This document shows, piece by piece, positions 19,132 through 28,833 of a stretch of DNA of 64,000 bases; positions within the stretch are counted from its first letter, which is position 1, and every line of letters starts with the position of its first letter. Source of the stretch: Dehalococcoidia bacterium (GTDB lineage: Bacteria > Chloroflexota > Dehalococcoidia > Lucifugimonadales > UBA2962); contig OZ244723.1 of the NCBI GenBank assembly GCA_965219325.1, forward strand, positions 1,130,158-1,194,157, given 5' to 3'. Under the pieces are notes generated by a model, which saw only the letters and a list, made by a program, of their open reading frames with translations, ran no database searches and was not told where the DNA came from. A program made the position numbers and the translations under genes.

Positions 19132-19446
19132 CTAGCCGAGCCCGCCGCGCACCTCCTTCTCCAGGGCGCCCACGCGGACATCCAGTGCCCTCACCCCCTT
19201 CTCCAGCGCCGCAAAGCGCTCGCGCTGCCTCGCCGCCGCGGACCCGCCGCCGACAAGCATCACCTTCTCCAGCGCGTCCGCCAGCCTTCGCGACAGCTCC
19301 CCGCGCTCCATGCTCCGCCACAGCGTCTTGCGGTCGACCTCAAGTACCTCGGCGGCTCCCCGCTGTCCGTGCCTGCGCACAAGGTCGTTGAGCAGCGACA
19401 TCAGCCGCACCCGGTGAAGGTCCACCTCGATCCCTGACGTTTCCAT
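19132..19446 (-). CDS. HTH-type regulator with coiled-coil tail (104 aa)
   Basis: ATG at 19446 is preceded by GGGAGGGAGG. HTH-like segment GAAEVLEVDRKTLWRSMERGE. Transcribed divergently from the T4SS operon. Confidence 0.6.
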   Translation of the reverse strand: METSGIEVDLHRVRLMSLLNDLVRRHGQRGAAEVLEVDRKTLWRSMERGELSRRLADALEKVMLVGGGSAAARQRERFAALEKGVRALDVRVGALEKEVRGGLG

Positions 19447-19468
19447 AAGTGCGCCTCCCTCCCGCAGG

Positions 19469-19559
19469 TGTTCCACGTGGAACATTCTGGGGGTTTTTGG
19501 AACACAACCCGCCGATTTGGAGTGTTCCAGATGGGCCATATGCGGGGGTTTTTGGAACG
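19469..19559. promoter_or_regulatory. operator-like array: 16-bp perfect palindrome plus repeated TGGAAC/GTTCCA half-sites
   Basis: TGTTCCACGTGGAACA at 19469-19484. GGGGGTTTTTGGAAC at 19489-19503 and 19544-19558. TGTTCCA at 19523-19529. Confidence 0.5.
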
Positions 19560-19824
19560 CCGCCCCGCAGCCGGGCCTTAAGAAAGATCGTTCACACATA
19601 GGGGGTCTGCCTGCCCGCTGCAGTCCTGTAGGGCCGCCTTCCGGGTCCTGCCTGGGCCCTCTTCGCAGGTACCGGATTCCTGTACACCCCTGCGGCATAG
19701 GAAGGGCCTGCCGTTCATTGGTGAACGCCCCCATGTGGCCTTGGCGGGATCTGGCCGGCACACGAGACTCGACCTCTACCGCAGAGCCCGAAAGGGCACA
19801 TATGTTCTGCAGGAGGAGGCGAGA

Positions 19825-20454
19825 GTGCCGCTTGAATCGACCATCGGGGCCGCAGGGATCACCGCAAGCAGGAGTGCCAGGCGACTGGCGCCGCTCGCTG
19901 CAGCGCTGGCCCTGGCGGCCCTCCTGGTCTTTCCCTCCGCCGGGGTAGCCCACGCGCAGGCCCCGCCGGACGGGATCGTCCTGGTGAACGCGTCCGACGG
20001 GGCCGTCGAGCGAAAGAAGGACGGGCGGTTCGTGGCAAGACCCATCTTCGACCGCAGGTTGGAGGGGCTCTTCTTCGGCATCCGTCACCCGGACACGGGT
20101 GATTGGCTGACGGCCGTCTACCGGGTGATCGGCGGGGAGACCCGGCTGATCGACGGCTGGCAGTACGAGTGGGAGTACCCCGTTCTCGCAGAGCAGCCCG
20201 ACCTTGAGCCCGACCGGGCCTACGTGCTGGTGATGCTCGCCGCCGAGACGCTGCCCGGTGATCCCCAGACGATCCGCGCGCTGGTGCCGGTGCATGAGCC
20301 GGGGAGCCTGTGGGAGCGGGTGATCAGGGCGATGGAACCCGCCCGCTGGGCGAGGGCCTTCGCACGGTGGGTGGTCGAGGGCGTTCACGGGACTCTGTGC
20401 GCCGTGCTCGAACGGGCGAGCGGGGCGGTCGCCGCCAACTGCGGCGGGGGCTGA
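19825..20454 (+). CDS. secreted hypothetical protein, first gene of the T4SS operon
   Basis: GTG start after AGGAGGAGG. Signal-peptide-like RRLAPLAAALALAALLVFPSAGVAHAQ. Confidence 0.5.
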   Translation: MPLESTIGAAGITASRSARRLAPLAAALALAALLVFPSAGVAHAQAPPDGIVLVNASDGAVERKKDGRFVARPIFDRRLEGLFFGIRHPDTGDWLTAVYRVIGGETRLIDGWQYEWEYPVLAEQPDLEPDRAYVLVMLAAETLPGDPQTIRALVPVHEPGSLWERVIRAMEPARWARAFARWVVEGVHGTLCAVLERASGAVAANCGGG

Positions 20455-21446
20455 TGGGCATGGGCGACATCATCACCGGGACCCCGGCGCACCTGACCTA
20501 CGAGCACGAGCTGGTCAGGCAGGCCTGGATCGTGGTCTGGGCCATCGCGTCCGGGGCGCTGGTGGTGGTGCTGGGCTGGATGGGGCTGACGATGATCGTT
20601 TCCGAGCACCTCGGGCGGCCGCAGGCGGGGTGGCGCGAGCTGGTGCCGCGCCTTGTGCTCGGTCTCGTTGCCGCGGCGACGTCGCTGTGGTGGTGCGCGC
20701 TGGTGATCGATGTGGCGGACGCGGTGTCCGGGTTCATCGCGGCGACGCTCGGGGTAACACCCGGTGACCTGCTGCGCTCCTCGATCCAGACCCTGATAAC
20801 GGCAGTGACCGCAGGGAGCGTGGGCATGGCGCTGCTGCTGGCTTTTTTGTACCTCGTCTACGGTTTCTTCGTCCTCTATGTCCTGGTGCAGATGCTGGTG
20901 CGGCTGGCGCTGATTGATCTCTTGCTGGCGCTGGCCCCCATCGCGCTCGGGCTGTGGATCCTGCCGCACACGGCGGGTTGGGGCAGGCACTGGCTGAAGC
21001 TCTTCATGACCACCGTGTTCCAGCAGGCGGTGCAGCTCATCGCGCTGGCGCTTGCGTTCGGGTTCCTGGCGGACTTTGCGGACATAGGCGAGTTCGAGCC
21101 GGTGCGGGACCTGGTGTGGAAGCTGCTGATGTCACTCGCGTTCGTGTACCTGACGACACGTGTGCCGTCGCTGATGGGCAACCCGGGCACGTTCGACGCG
21201 TGGCTTCACACGATGTACTTCGGGATGTCGCTCCCCGGTTCGATCGTGCGGTCGGCGAAGTCGATAGGGACGGTGGTTGGAGGAGCGATGGGTGGCGGTC
21301 CGGTCGGAGCCGGGGTGGCGGCGGCAGTTGCCGGCACGGGCATAGCGGCTGGAGCGACGGCCGCCATCCGTTCGATGGCCGACATGTCGACGCCCTCGTA
21401 CGCCGCCGCCAGCGATGCGCCCGCCCCGAGGAGCTCCAGCGAGTGA
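20454..21446 (+). CDS. polytopic membrane protein, TrbL/VirB6-like
   Basis: ATG overlaps the upstream stop (TGATG). At least six hydrophobic helices and an Ala/Gly-rich tail. Position is between the pilin-like genes and the first operon gene. Confidence 0.55.
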   Translation: MGMGDIITGTPAHLTYEHELVRQAWIVVWAIASGALVVVLGWMGLTMIVSEHLGRPQAGWRELVPRLVLGLVAAATSLWWCALVIDVADAVSGFIAATLGVTPGDLLRSSIQTLITAVTAGSVGMALLLAFLYLVYGFFVLYVLVQMLVRLALIDLLLALAPIALGLWILPHTAGWGRHWLKLFMTTVFQQAVQLIALALAFGFLADFADIGEFEPVRDLVWKLLMSLAFVYLTTRVPSLMGNPGTFDAWLHTMYFGMSLPGSIVRSAKSIGTVVGGAMGGGPVGAGVAAAVAGTGIAAGATAAIRSMADMSTPSYAAASDAPAPRSSSE

Positions 21447-21597
21447 ATGCGAAGGAGCGAGCCGACGTGATCAGGACCCACAGGGGTGAAGGGGGAGAGG
21501 CGATGTGCGGTTAGAGACGGGTCATGAGCGAAAGCAAGGAACGGAAAAGCGATGAAACGCCGGGCGGGGAGACCGCCCGGGGAGAGGAGAACAAGTT

Positions 21598-21891
21598 ATG
21601 GGTGATCTTACGCAGACGATCTCGAACATAGTCGGGATCCTCCTGGGCCTTGTGGGAGCGGTCGGAGTCGGGTTCTTTATCTACGGGGCCTACTTGTATC
21701 TGACCGCCTCCGGTGCGCCGCACCAGATGGAGCGCGGGAAGAGCGCGATGATGACGGCCCTGGCCGGCATCGTTCTCGCGATGGTCGGGTATGGAGTTGT
21801 CGAGCTGGTGATGAACGCCGTCGTCAACCCGGTGGTGGACATCGATTCGATACCGACCCCGGCCACTCCCACGACCACTCCGAGCGGTTGA
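21598..21891 (+). CDS. small two-TM protein, VirB2/TrbC pilin-like
   Basis: 97 aa with two hydrophobic helices separated by a short polar loop (TASGAPHQMERGKS) and a Thr/Pro tail. Confidence 0.5.
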   Translation: MGDLTQTISNIVGILLGLVGAVGVGFFIYGAYLYLTASGAPHQMERGKSAMMTALAGIVLAMVGYGVVELVMNAVVNPVVDIDSIPTPATPTTTPSG

Positions 21892-23585
21892 TGGGAGGTG
21901 GTGGCATGACGGAGCACGAGGTGCCGACGCACGTTCAGGCGGAGGACAGGGTGATCCTATGGTTCACGTTTCCGCAGATAGTCGCGATGACCGCTGTGTG
22001 CGCGCTGTCCTATGGCGCGTACCGCTACTCCCCGGTGGGGCCGTCCGAGGTCCGGATGGGCCTGGCGGTGATCCTGGCGCTGTTCGGAATGGCAATGGTG
22101 GTGGGCAAGGTGGGAGGCAGGCGGCTGCCGGTGGTGGCGGCCGACCTGCTGAGGTTCGGTCTCGGTCCCCGGCGCTACGCCGGGCCCGCGTCCGACCTGG
22201 TGCGCAGCGAGGCGCCCGCGCCACCGCCGATGCCCGAGAAGGACAGGCGTTCGGAGAGGTGGAGCCGCAGGCGTTCCCGGAGCCGGTCCCGGCGGACGTT
22301 CCGGCCGCACGGGTGGTTCGGAAAGCGGCGAAGGCGTCGCAGGCGAGACCGCGGGGTACGCAGGGTCGGGGAAGAAAGGCCCGGGCGAAGGTGGAAGTGG
22401 CTGATGGTAGCGGGGGTCGCCGCCGTTTCGGCGGCGGCCCTCGCGGCCATGTCGCTCACCGCCCCGGTCTCGGGACAGGAGCCCGAATTCGAAGACATCG
22501 GCCTGTGGGACATCGAGTCCGAGATCGATTTCGAGCCCCGCGAGCCGGTCCCGGGACGAAGGCTGTACTACGAGGAACTTCGGGTCGCGGGCGACCGTGC
22601 ACACGTCACGCTGCGCGCGGCGACCGACCTGGAGATACGGGTGAGGGCGTTCGGGGGCCTTGGGGGAAGAGAGCTGAGGTTCTGGAGCGCTGCGGCGCTG
22701 GATGAGGGCGAGACGGTCTCCTACTCCCTGCCGCTGGCTGGCGACGAGCCGTCGCTGACGTTCTCCTGGGAGGACGGGATAGGGCAGGGCGGGGCGGTGA
22801 CGGTCCGGGCGGAGCAGATCCCGTACCCGCTTCCGTCGGCAGGCGGCGAGCTGTGCGACCTGGAGGTTACATCCCTTGGCTGGACCCCGGGGGTCGTGGA
22901 GGGCGCCATCTTCTCTGACTGCGTGTCGAGGATAGACGAGGTGGCGAAGGTGTGGACGGCGGTGGGCCACGACCTGATCGGGGTGGACGCGGTGATCGAG
23001 TCAAAGGTGACAGCCATCACCGGGACCCTCGGTGTGACCGACGGCGGGTTCAGCCTGGCCGTGCCGTTCGTGCCGGACGGGGAGACGACCTTCCGTTTCC
23101 CGGTCGCCCGGGGCGAGGTCATCCGGACCGTGGAGATCGGGGCGGACCTTGAGGCGACGCTCCAGGTGCCCATGCCGGACATGGTGAGGCTGACGCACCA
23201 CCCGGCGCGGACCGAGCGGCGCACCGAGAGTGTGAGGCTGTGGCGTCCGGGCACCGGGAGGACCGTGTCCAGGACGGTCTCCATCACGCACGGCGACGGG
23301 ACGACCACCTCGCACACGATCTCGGCATACCTGTCGGTCCCGGGCGCGACGGTCACCAGGAACGTGACGCTGACGATCGAGCACGAGGAGCACGTGCGGG
23401 CGGTGGTGGAGAGCCAGGAGCCGATCGAGCGCACGAGGACGGAATCGCTGGCCCTCCCGGCGAGCCTGGGTGCCGATGCGGCGTTCCGCGTCATGGTCTA
23501 CCCGGAGACGGAGCCCGAGGTGCGGCCTGCCGAGCAGAGGCAGGTGTCCGCGGAGCAGATGGAGGACCTGTTCGGGTGGCGCTGA
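21888..23585 (+). CDS. PrgI/VirB3-like N-terminal domain fused to an Arg-rich linker, a third TM helix and a roughly 370-aa extracytoplasmic domain
   Basis: N-terminus AEDRVILWFTFPQIVAMTAVCAL.. with two TM helices. Then RRSERWSRRRSRSRSRR...KRRRRRRRDRG, a TM segment and a large C-terminal region. Confidence 0.55.
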   Translation: MMGGGGMTEHEVPTHVQAEDRVILWFTFPQIVAMTAVCALSYGAYRYSPVGPSEVRMGLAVILALFGMAMVVGKVGGRRLPVVAADLLRFGLGPRRYAGPASDLVRSEAPAPPPMPEKDRRSERWSRRRSRSRSRRTFRPHGWFGKRRRRRRRDRGVRRVGEERPGRRWKWLMVAGVAAVSAAALAAMSLTAPVSGQEPEFEDIGLWDIESEIDFEPREPVPGRRLYYEELRVAGDRAHVTLRAATDLEIRVRAFGGLGGRELRFWSAAALDEGETVSYSLPLAGDEPSLTFSWEDGIGQGGAVTVRAEQIPYPLPSAGGELCDLEVTSLGWTPGVVEGAIFSDCVSRIDEVAKVWTAVGHDLIGVDAVIESKVTAITGTLGVTDGGFSLAVPFVPDGETTFRFPVARGEVIRTVEIGADLEATLQVPMPDMVRLTHHPARTERRTESVRLWRPGTGRTVSRTVSITHGDGTTTSHTISAYLSVPGATVTRNVTLTIEHEEHVRAVVESQEPIERTRTESLALPASLGADAAFRVMVYPETEPEVRPAEQRQVSAEQMEDLFGWR

Positions 23586-23893
23586 GGAGGTTTGCGGCCA
23601 TCGTTCCGGTCACCCTTGCCGCCCTGGCGTCGATGGCTGCCGAGCCGCCGGGCGACGCGGAGATGATCTATCAGTTCGACCGTGTGCTCACGGCGATGGC
23701 CTACGCGGCCGGCGGCCTTGCGCTCTTCTCGATCGTGTGGGCCGGGTTCGTGCTGATGGCCGAGGGGAGCGAGGAGCGAGGCGGGGGTCGGGCGCGTGCC
23801 GCCGTGATGGGCTCGGTCATCGGCCTTGTGCTGGTGCTGTCCGCCAAGGGCGTGGCGTTCGCGCTCACGAAGGCCGTCGGCACGGTCCCGTAG
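23576..23893 (+). CDS. second small two-TM protein, VirB2-like
   Basis: GTG start overlapping the previous gene. Signal-like RRFAAIVPVTLAALASMAA followed by two hydrophobic helices. Confidence 0.4.
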   Translation: MALRRFAAIVPVTLAALASMAAEPPGDAEMIYQFDRVLTAMAYAAGGLALFSIVWAGFVLMAEGSEERGGGRARAAVMGSVIGLVLVLSAKGVAFALTKAVGTVP

Positions 23894-23911
23894 GAGAAGG
23901 AGAACCCCAGA

Positions 23912-26194
23912 GTGAAGATCCCGTTTCGATTAAGAACTGGGCCAGGCCCAGGAGAAGGGAAGGGGCAGCCCGACCAGGAGATCGGACCGCCCCAGAGCAC
24001 CCAGGCTAGTCACCCGGACGCAGGTTGGCACACGTCATCGGCACCGGCGGAGAGGCCGCCTGCTCCGCTGCCGTTCTTGTTCCTGCTCTCGCACCTGGAG
24101 GACGACGGCCCGGTGCGCATCGACGGCGTGAAGGTCGGGGTGTGCGAGGTGATGGGACTGGAGCTCGACGGGCCGAAGCTCGGGGCGTTCGCCGGCGCGC
24201 TCAACGCGCTCGACTTTCCGCTTCAGCTGCTGGTGCGCCAGCACCCTCCGGGCCTTTCGGGTATGCGCGCAAGGCTCGGCGAGGAGCAGCCTGATGGACT
24301 ACCGGACAGGACGCGAGAGGCGGCCGAGTCCCTGCTGCGGCTACTCACTGACCTTGAGACGAGGGACGGAATCCTGGACCGTCGCTTCTACGCCGTGTGC
24401 GCGGCGGACCGGCTCGACGACCTGTGCGGGCTGCTGGCGAGGGCGGGACTGTCGGTGCATATCCTGGGGGGACGCCAACTCAGGATGCTGCTGCTTGCCT
24501 CGGCGCTGGGCGGCTCGCCGAGGGAGATGGACGAGGCAGAGCCGGTGGAGATCGAGGTCGGCCGCCGCGACATACGCATCGGCGATCGCCTTACTCGCTC
24601 GCTGCACCTTGGCAACTGGCCGCGCTCCCTTTCGCCGGGCTTCCTGCAGGGGCTGATGGCCGCGGGAGCTCCGATGGACCTTTCGATCCACCTCGGGGCG
24701 ATACCCGCAGAGCAGGCTGCGCGGACGCTGGAGTGGCAGAAGGTGCGCTTCGAGTCTGCGCAGAGCCTGTCGCTGCGGCGCGGCAAGACCATGTCGCCGG
24801 AGGCGGAGATCGCCCTGGAGGACGTGTCGCGCCTGAGAGATGAGGTGCAGCGCGGGCGCGAGAGGCTGTTCCACGCCTCGCTGTCGGTGAGGCTGCACGC
24901 CAGGGACGAGGGGTCCCTGAAGGAGATGACGCAGCGTGCCCGGGCGCACTTCGGGGCGACGCTCGGCAAGCTCGATGCTCTTTCGTTCCGACAGCGCGAG
25001 GGACTGGTCTCGACGCTGCCGCTGGGACTGAACGCGGTTGGTGTCTGGAGAACGCTGGACACCTCGTCGGTGGCCAGGCTGTTCCCGTTCTCACCGCCGG
25101 ACATGGATACCCGCAGCGGTACGTTGTACGGGATAGACCTGCGGGCGTGCTCGCCCGTGGTCTACGACCCATTCGACGGCACGCACCTCAACGCGAACAC
25201 GGCGGTGCTGGCCCGGTCGGGCAGCGGCAAGTCCTTTTCAACCAAGCTCGGCGTGCTGCGCGGCCTGTGCCGCGGGGTGACCGCGTACGTGATCGACCCG
25301 GAGGGGGAGTATGCGGACATGGCAAGGGCCGCCGGCGGGCGCGTGCTGTCCCCGGGTGTGCCGGGTCAGGGCATGAACCCGTTCGTGATCGACAGGGGCG
25401 ACTCTGAGGAGCTTCTCCAGCGCATAGGGAGCCTGCGGCGGCTGATCGAGGTGATGGTGGGCGAGCGGCTCAGCGCCGAGCGCAGGGCCTTGCTCGACCA
25501 CTTCCTGGCCACCTATTACGCCCGGCCCCGCGAGCGGACGGGTTTTCGCGACTTCTACGCATTCCTTACAGAGGAGGGGGACAGTGACCTCGCCATGCTG
25601 CTGCGGCCATTCGCTACGGGAAGCCTGAGACACCTGCTGACCGACGAGGGCGACGACCTGCTGGGCAAAGAGGCGCTGGTCACCGTCTTTGATCTGCGGC
25701 TGCTGGAGCCCGAGCTTCGTCCGGCCGCGGCGATGGTGTGCACCGAGACGGTGTGGGCGGCCGCGGCGCGTGATCCACGGCCCCGCCTGCTGGTGGTCGA
25801 CGAGGTGTGGAGCATCATGCAGCACCCCGAGGGAGCGGCGTTCATGGTCAGCATGGCCAAGCGCGCCCGCAAGCACAGGTTGGGTCTTCAGTTCATCACC
25901 CAGGACGTTCAGGACCTGCTCAGCGAGGACACCTCGCGTGCGATCACCGGCCACTCGGGAAGGGCGCTGCTGCAGAACGCCGCCTTCAAGCTGCTGCTCC
26001 AGCAGGACGCGGCGGCCATATCCACGGTGTGCGACGCGTTCGACCTGCCGGACGAGCTTGGCCGGTGGCTGCTGTCGTGCCCGCGGGGCGACGGGCTGCT
26101 GCTGGCCCGCGGCAACCGCATCCCGATACGCATCGAGGCGACGGCCGAGGAGAAGGACGTGGTCGATTGGCGGCCTGTGAGCCACGGGAAGTGA
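23912..26194 (+). CDS. VirB4/TraC/PrgJ-type conjugative transfer ATPase
   Basis: Walker A ARSGSGKSF, Walker B LLVVDEVWSIM, and the downstream block RKHRLGLQFITQDVQDL. Confidence 0.85.
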   Translation: MKIPFRLRTGPGPGEGKGQPDQEIGPPQSTQASHPDAGWHTSSAPAERPPAPLPFLFLLSHLEDDGPVRIDGVKVGVCEVMGLELDGPKLGAFAGALNALDFPLQLLVRQHPPGLSGMRARLGEEQPDGLPDRTREAAESLLRLLTDLETRDGILDRRFYAVCAADRLDDLCGLLARAGLSVHILGGRQLRMLLLASALGGSPREMDEAEPVEIEVGRRDIRIGDRLTRSLHLGNWPRSLSPGFLQGLMAAGAPMDLSIHLGAIPAEQAARTLEWQKVRFESAQSLSLRRGKTMSPEAEIALEDVSRLRDEVQRGRERLFHASLSVRLHARDEGSLKEMTQRARAHFGATLGKLDALSFRQREGLVSTLPLGLNAVGVWRTLDTSSVARLFPFSPPDMDTRSGTLYGIDLRACSPVVYDPFDGTHLNANTAVLARSGSGKSFSTKLGVLRGLCRGVTAYVIDPEGEYADMARAAGGRVLSPGVPGQGMNPFVIDRGDSEELLQRIGSLRRLIEVMVGERLSAERRALLDHFLATYYARPRERTGFRDFYAFLTEEGDSDLAMLLRPFATGSLRHLLTDEGDDLLGKEALVTVFDLRLLEPELRPAAAMVCTETVWAAAARDPRPRLLVVDEVWSIMQHPEGAAFMVSMAKRARKHRLGLQFITQDVQDLLSEDTSRAITGHSGRALLQNAAFKLLLQQDAAAISTVCDAFDLPDELGRWLLSCPRGDGLLLARGNRIPIRIEATAEEKDVVDWRPVSHGK

Positions 26195-26241
26195 ACGGAT
26201 GCCGGTCGGCCCCAGGACCGTCCGGAGAGGAGGTGCGAACG

Positions 26242-28833
26242 ATGAAACTTGATCCGAGGAAGATATTCTCCGGCGGAGAGCGGCGCAGGCGTGTCCCGGT
26301 CCTGCTCGCGGTGACGCCCCCGCGCAAGGGCGAGCGAACGCTGCTGGGCGTCGAGAACCTGCTGGGTTCGATCGCCATCCCCGAGCCCTTCTCGCTGGAG
26401 ATGGCCGGCGATGCCGACGGGGTGACGCTGATGGCCCGGTGCATCGACAGGGAGGTGGTGCGGGGGCAAATAGCCGTGCGCTACCCGCAGGCCCGGATCA
26501 GCGAGTTGACGGAGGCGGATGACCCCCTGCGGGTCCGGGAAGGCGAGCAGGCCTGGGGCATGACGCTCCGGTCGGAGGGGCCCGACGAGGCCCCGCTGCG
26601 CACCTTTCGCGACGACGACCTGCTCGATCCCGGCTCCGACCCCCTGATGGCCATCATCGGGGCGCTGTCCTCTCTGCATCCCGGCGAACGGGTGGTGGCC
26701 CGGCTGCTGCTGCGGTCCCTGGGGCCGGACTGGGCCGAGGGCCACCGGGAGCAACCCCAGAAGGGCGGCACGCGGCAGCCGGACACCGGGGCTCCGGCTG
26801 AACAGCCGGCCAGCCACGGGGCCGAGGGCCTGAAGATGGCGGTGCTGGCCCTGGGCGGGCTGGCGGCCCTGAAGGGCTATTTCTGGGTACGGGACGGCGA
26901 GGTCTGGAAGGCCGTGCTGCTCGGACTCGGGTTGACGGCCGTCCTGGCCATCGGCGGCTGGGCGTGGGCGCGGTGGAAGAGGTCGCGCGACCGGGTGTGC
27001 GACCCGCTGCAGATCAGGGAGAAGGTGTCGCGTATCGCCTTTGACGCCGAGGTCCAGGTCACCGCGATCCTTCCGGCGGGAGACCAGCGCCGGCGCGCGG
27101 GGGACCTGCTCGGGAAGATCGAGGCTGCGTACCGCCACTACGACAACCCTGCCGGAGCCAGGCTGCGGGCGAGCAGGATACGACCGGTCCAGCCTGCCGC
27201 CTCCCTGCATCCGTCCGGCCCCGGGCTGTTCGGGCGGCGCAGCATCCTGGGCGTTCGCGAGGCTGCGGCGCTGTGGCACCCGCCCGGGGCGGCCGACGAG
27301 ACGCCGCTGGTGGCGAGGTCGGGTGCGAAGGTGCTGCTCCCCTCCGCCGCCAGCGTCAGGGGCGGGGCCCACGTCGGGGACACGACGACGGGGACTCCCA
27401 GCGAGATCCGCTTCCCGGCGGACCTGCTGCGGCGCCACCACCTGTACGTTGCCCGCACGCGTATGGGCAAGTCCACGCTCATGCACCACATAGTCGCCCA
27501 CAAGATGCGCGAGAAGGCGGCGGGAAGGGACACCGACGCCATAGTGGTGATCGATCCCCACGCGGACCTGGTGGAAGGACTGCTGGAGCACGTGCCCGAA
27601 TCCCTGGCGGGCCGGGTGCGCCTCATAGACCTTGCCGACGACGACAGGGCCCCGGGCATCAACCTGCTCGATACGAGGATCTTCGCCGACAGGGACCGGA
27701 CCGCCGATTCGGTGGTGCGGGTGGCAAAGGGGCTGTGGGAGCAGTGGGGTCCCAGGATGCAGTCGATCCTTGAGCACACGGTAAAGAGCCTGCACGAGGC
27801 GAACGAGGAGCTGGACGAGCGAGACCAGTACACGATCCTTGACGGTCTGCCGCTGCTCACCGACGAGGTGTTCCGGGCCGAGGTGCTAGGCAAGGTGGAT
27901 GACCCGTACCTGATTCGCTGGTGGGCCAGGGTATTCGGCAACTGGCATGAGAACCAGCACGCAGAGGCGATCGCCCCGGTGCAGACGCGCCTTTCGTACT
28001 ATGCGTCCTCGCGGCGGGCCCGCGCCATCCTGGGCCAGCCGCGCTCGACGATCGACGTGCGCCGGACGATCCTTGACGGGGGCGTGCTGCTGGTCTCCAC
28101 GGCGCAGGGAAGTGCGGGAAGGGATGTCGCGGCGCTGGTCGGTGCATCGCTGCTGAACCTGGTTGACGCGGTGATACGCGAGCAGGGGGCCCTGCCTGCC
28201 GGACGTCGTCGGGGCGTGCTCGTGGTCGTCGACGAGATGCAGTCGATGCCCGGTGTGGCCTACGAGTCGATGCTGAGCGAGCTCGGAAAGTTCGGTGCGA
28301 ACTTCATCCTGGCGACCCAGAGCCTGGCAAAGCTCGGGGACCTCTCGCTCACGATGCGCGACACGGTGCTGGCGAACGTCGGGTGCCTGGCGGTGTTCCA
28401 GGTGGCGGGCGCGGACGCGAGGGACCTTGTGTGGGAGCTGGGTCGCGAGCGCGTGACCGAGGACGACATCACCTCGCTGCCGGTGCACCACTGCTACGTC
28501 CGTGCGACGGTGGGCGCTGAGCGCATGCCGACGTTCTCGATGATGGTCAGGAAGCCGGAACCGGGTGATCCGGGCGTAGCCGCACGCATCGTGGGGGAGA
28601 CCGAGGGTTACACGACCTCGGCCGGGGACCTTGCCGCCCTCAGCGAGGAGACCGAGAAGATGGTCGCCGAGTACCGGGAGAAGCTGGCCGAGATCAGGAA
28701 GAGGGGGGCCTCGACCACTCAGAGGAAGAAACGCCGGGGCAGGCGCGGCAGGGCCGGGAAGGGGAGCGCCGCAGGGGCGGGATCCGGGCAGGCGGGCCAG
28801 GCATCTCCGGGCCACGGCGGAGGGGCCACATGA
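26242..28833 (+). CDS. type IV coupling-protein-like ATPase (VirD4/TraD/FtsK-HerA superfamily)
   Basis: ATG after GGAGAGGAGG. Two TM helices (residues about 200-250 of this CDS). Walker A ARTRMGKST, Walker B VLVVVDEMQSM, and GANFILATQS. Confidence 0.7.
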   Translation: MKLDPRKIFSGGERRRRVPVLLAVTPPRKGERTLLGVENLLGSIAIPEPFSLEMAGDADGVTLMARCIDREVVRGQIAVRYPQARISELTEADDPLRVREGEQAWGMTLRSEGPDEAPLRTFRDDDLLDPGSDPLMAIIGALSSLHPGERVVARLLLRSLGPDWAEGHREQPQKGGTRQPDTGAPAEQPASHGAEGLKMAVLALGGLAALKGYFWVRDGEVWKAVLLGLGLTAVLAIGGWAWARWKRSRDRVCDPLQIREKVSRIAFDAEVQVTAILPAGDQRRRAGDLLGKIEAAYRHYDNPAGARLRASRIRPVQPAASLHPSGPGLFGRRSILGVREAAALWHPPGAADETPLVARSGAKVLLPSAASVRGGAHVGDTTTGTPSEIRFPADLLRRHHLYVARTRMGKSTLMHHIVAHKMREKAAGRDTDAIVVIDPHADLVEGLLEHVPESLAGRVRLIDLADDDRAPGINLLDTRIFADRDRTADSVVRVAKGLWEQWGPRMQSILEHTVKSLHEANEELDERDQYTILDGLPLLTDEVFRAEVLGKVDDPYLIRWWARVFGNWHENQHAEAIAPVQTRLSYYASSRRARAILGQPRSTIDVRRTILDGGVLLVSTAQGSAGRDVAALVGASLLNLVDAVIREQGALPAGRRRGVLVVVDEMQSMPGVAYESMLSELGKFGANFILATQSLAKLGDLSLTMRDTVLANVGCLAVFQVAGADARDLVWELGRERVTEDDITSLPVHHCYVRATVGAERMPTFSMMVRKPEPGDPGVAARIVGETEGYTTSAGDLAALSEETEKMVAEYREKLAEIRKRGASTTQRKKRRGRRGRAGKGSAAGAGSGQAGQASPGHGGGAT

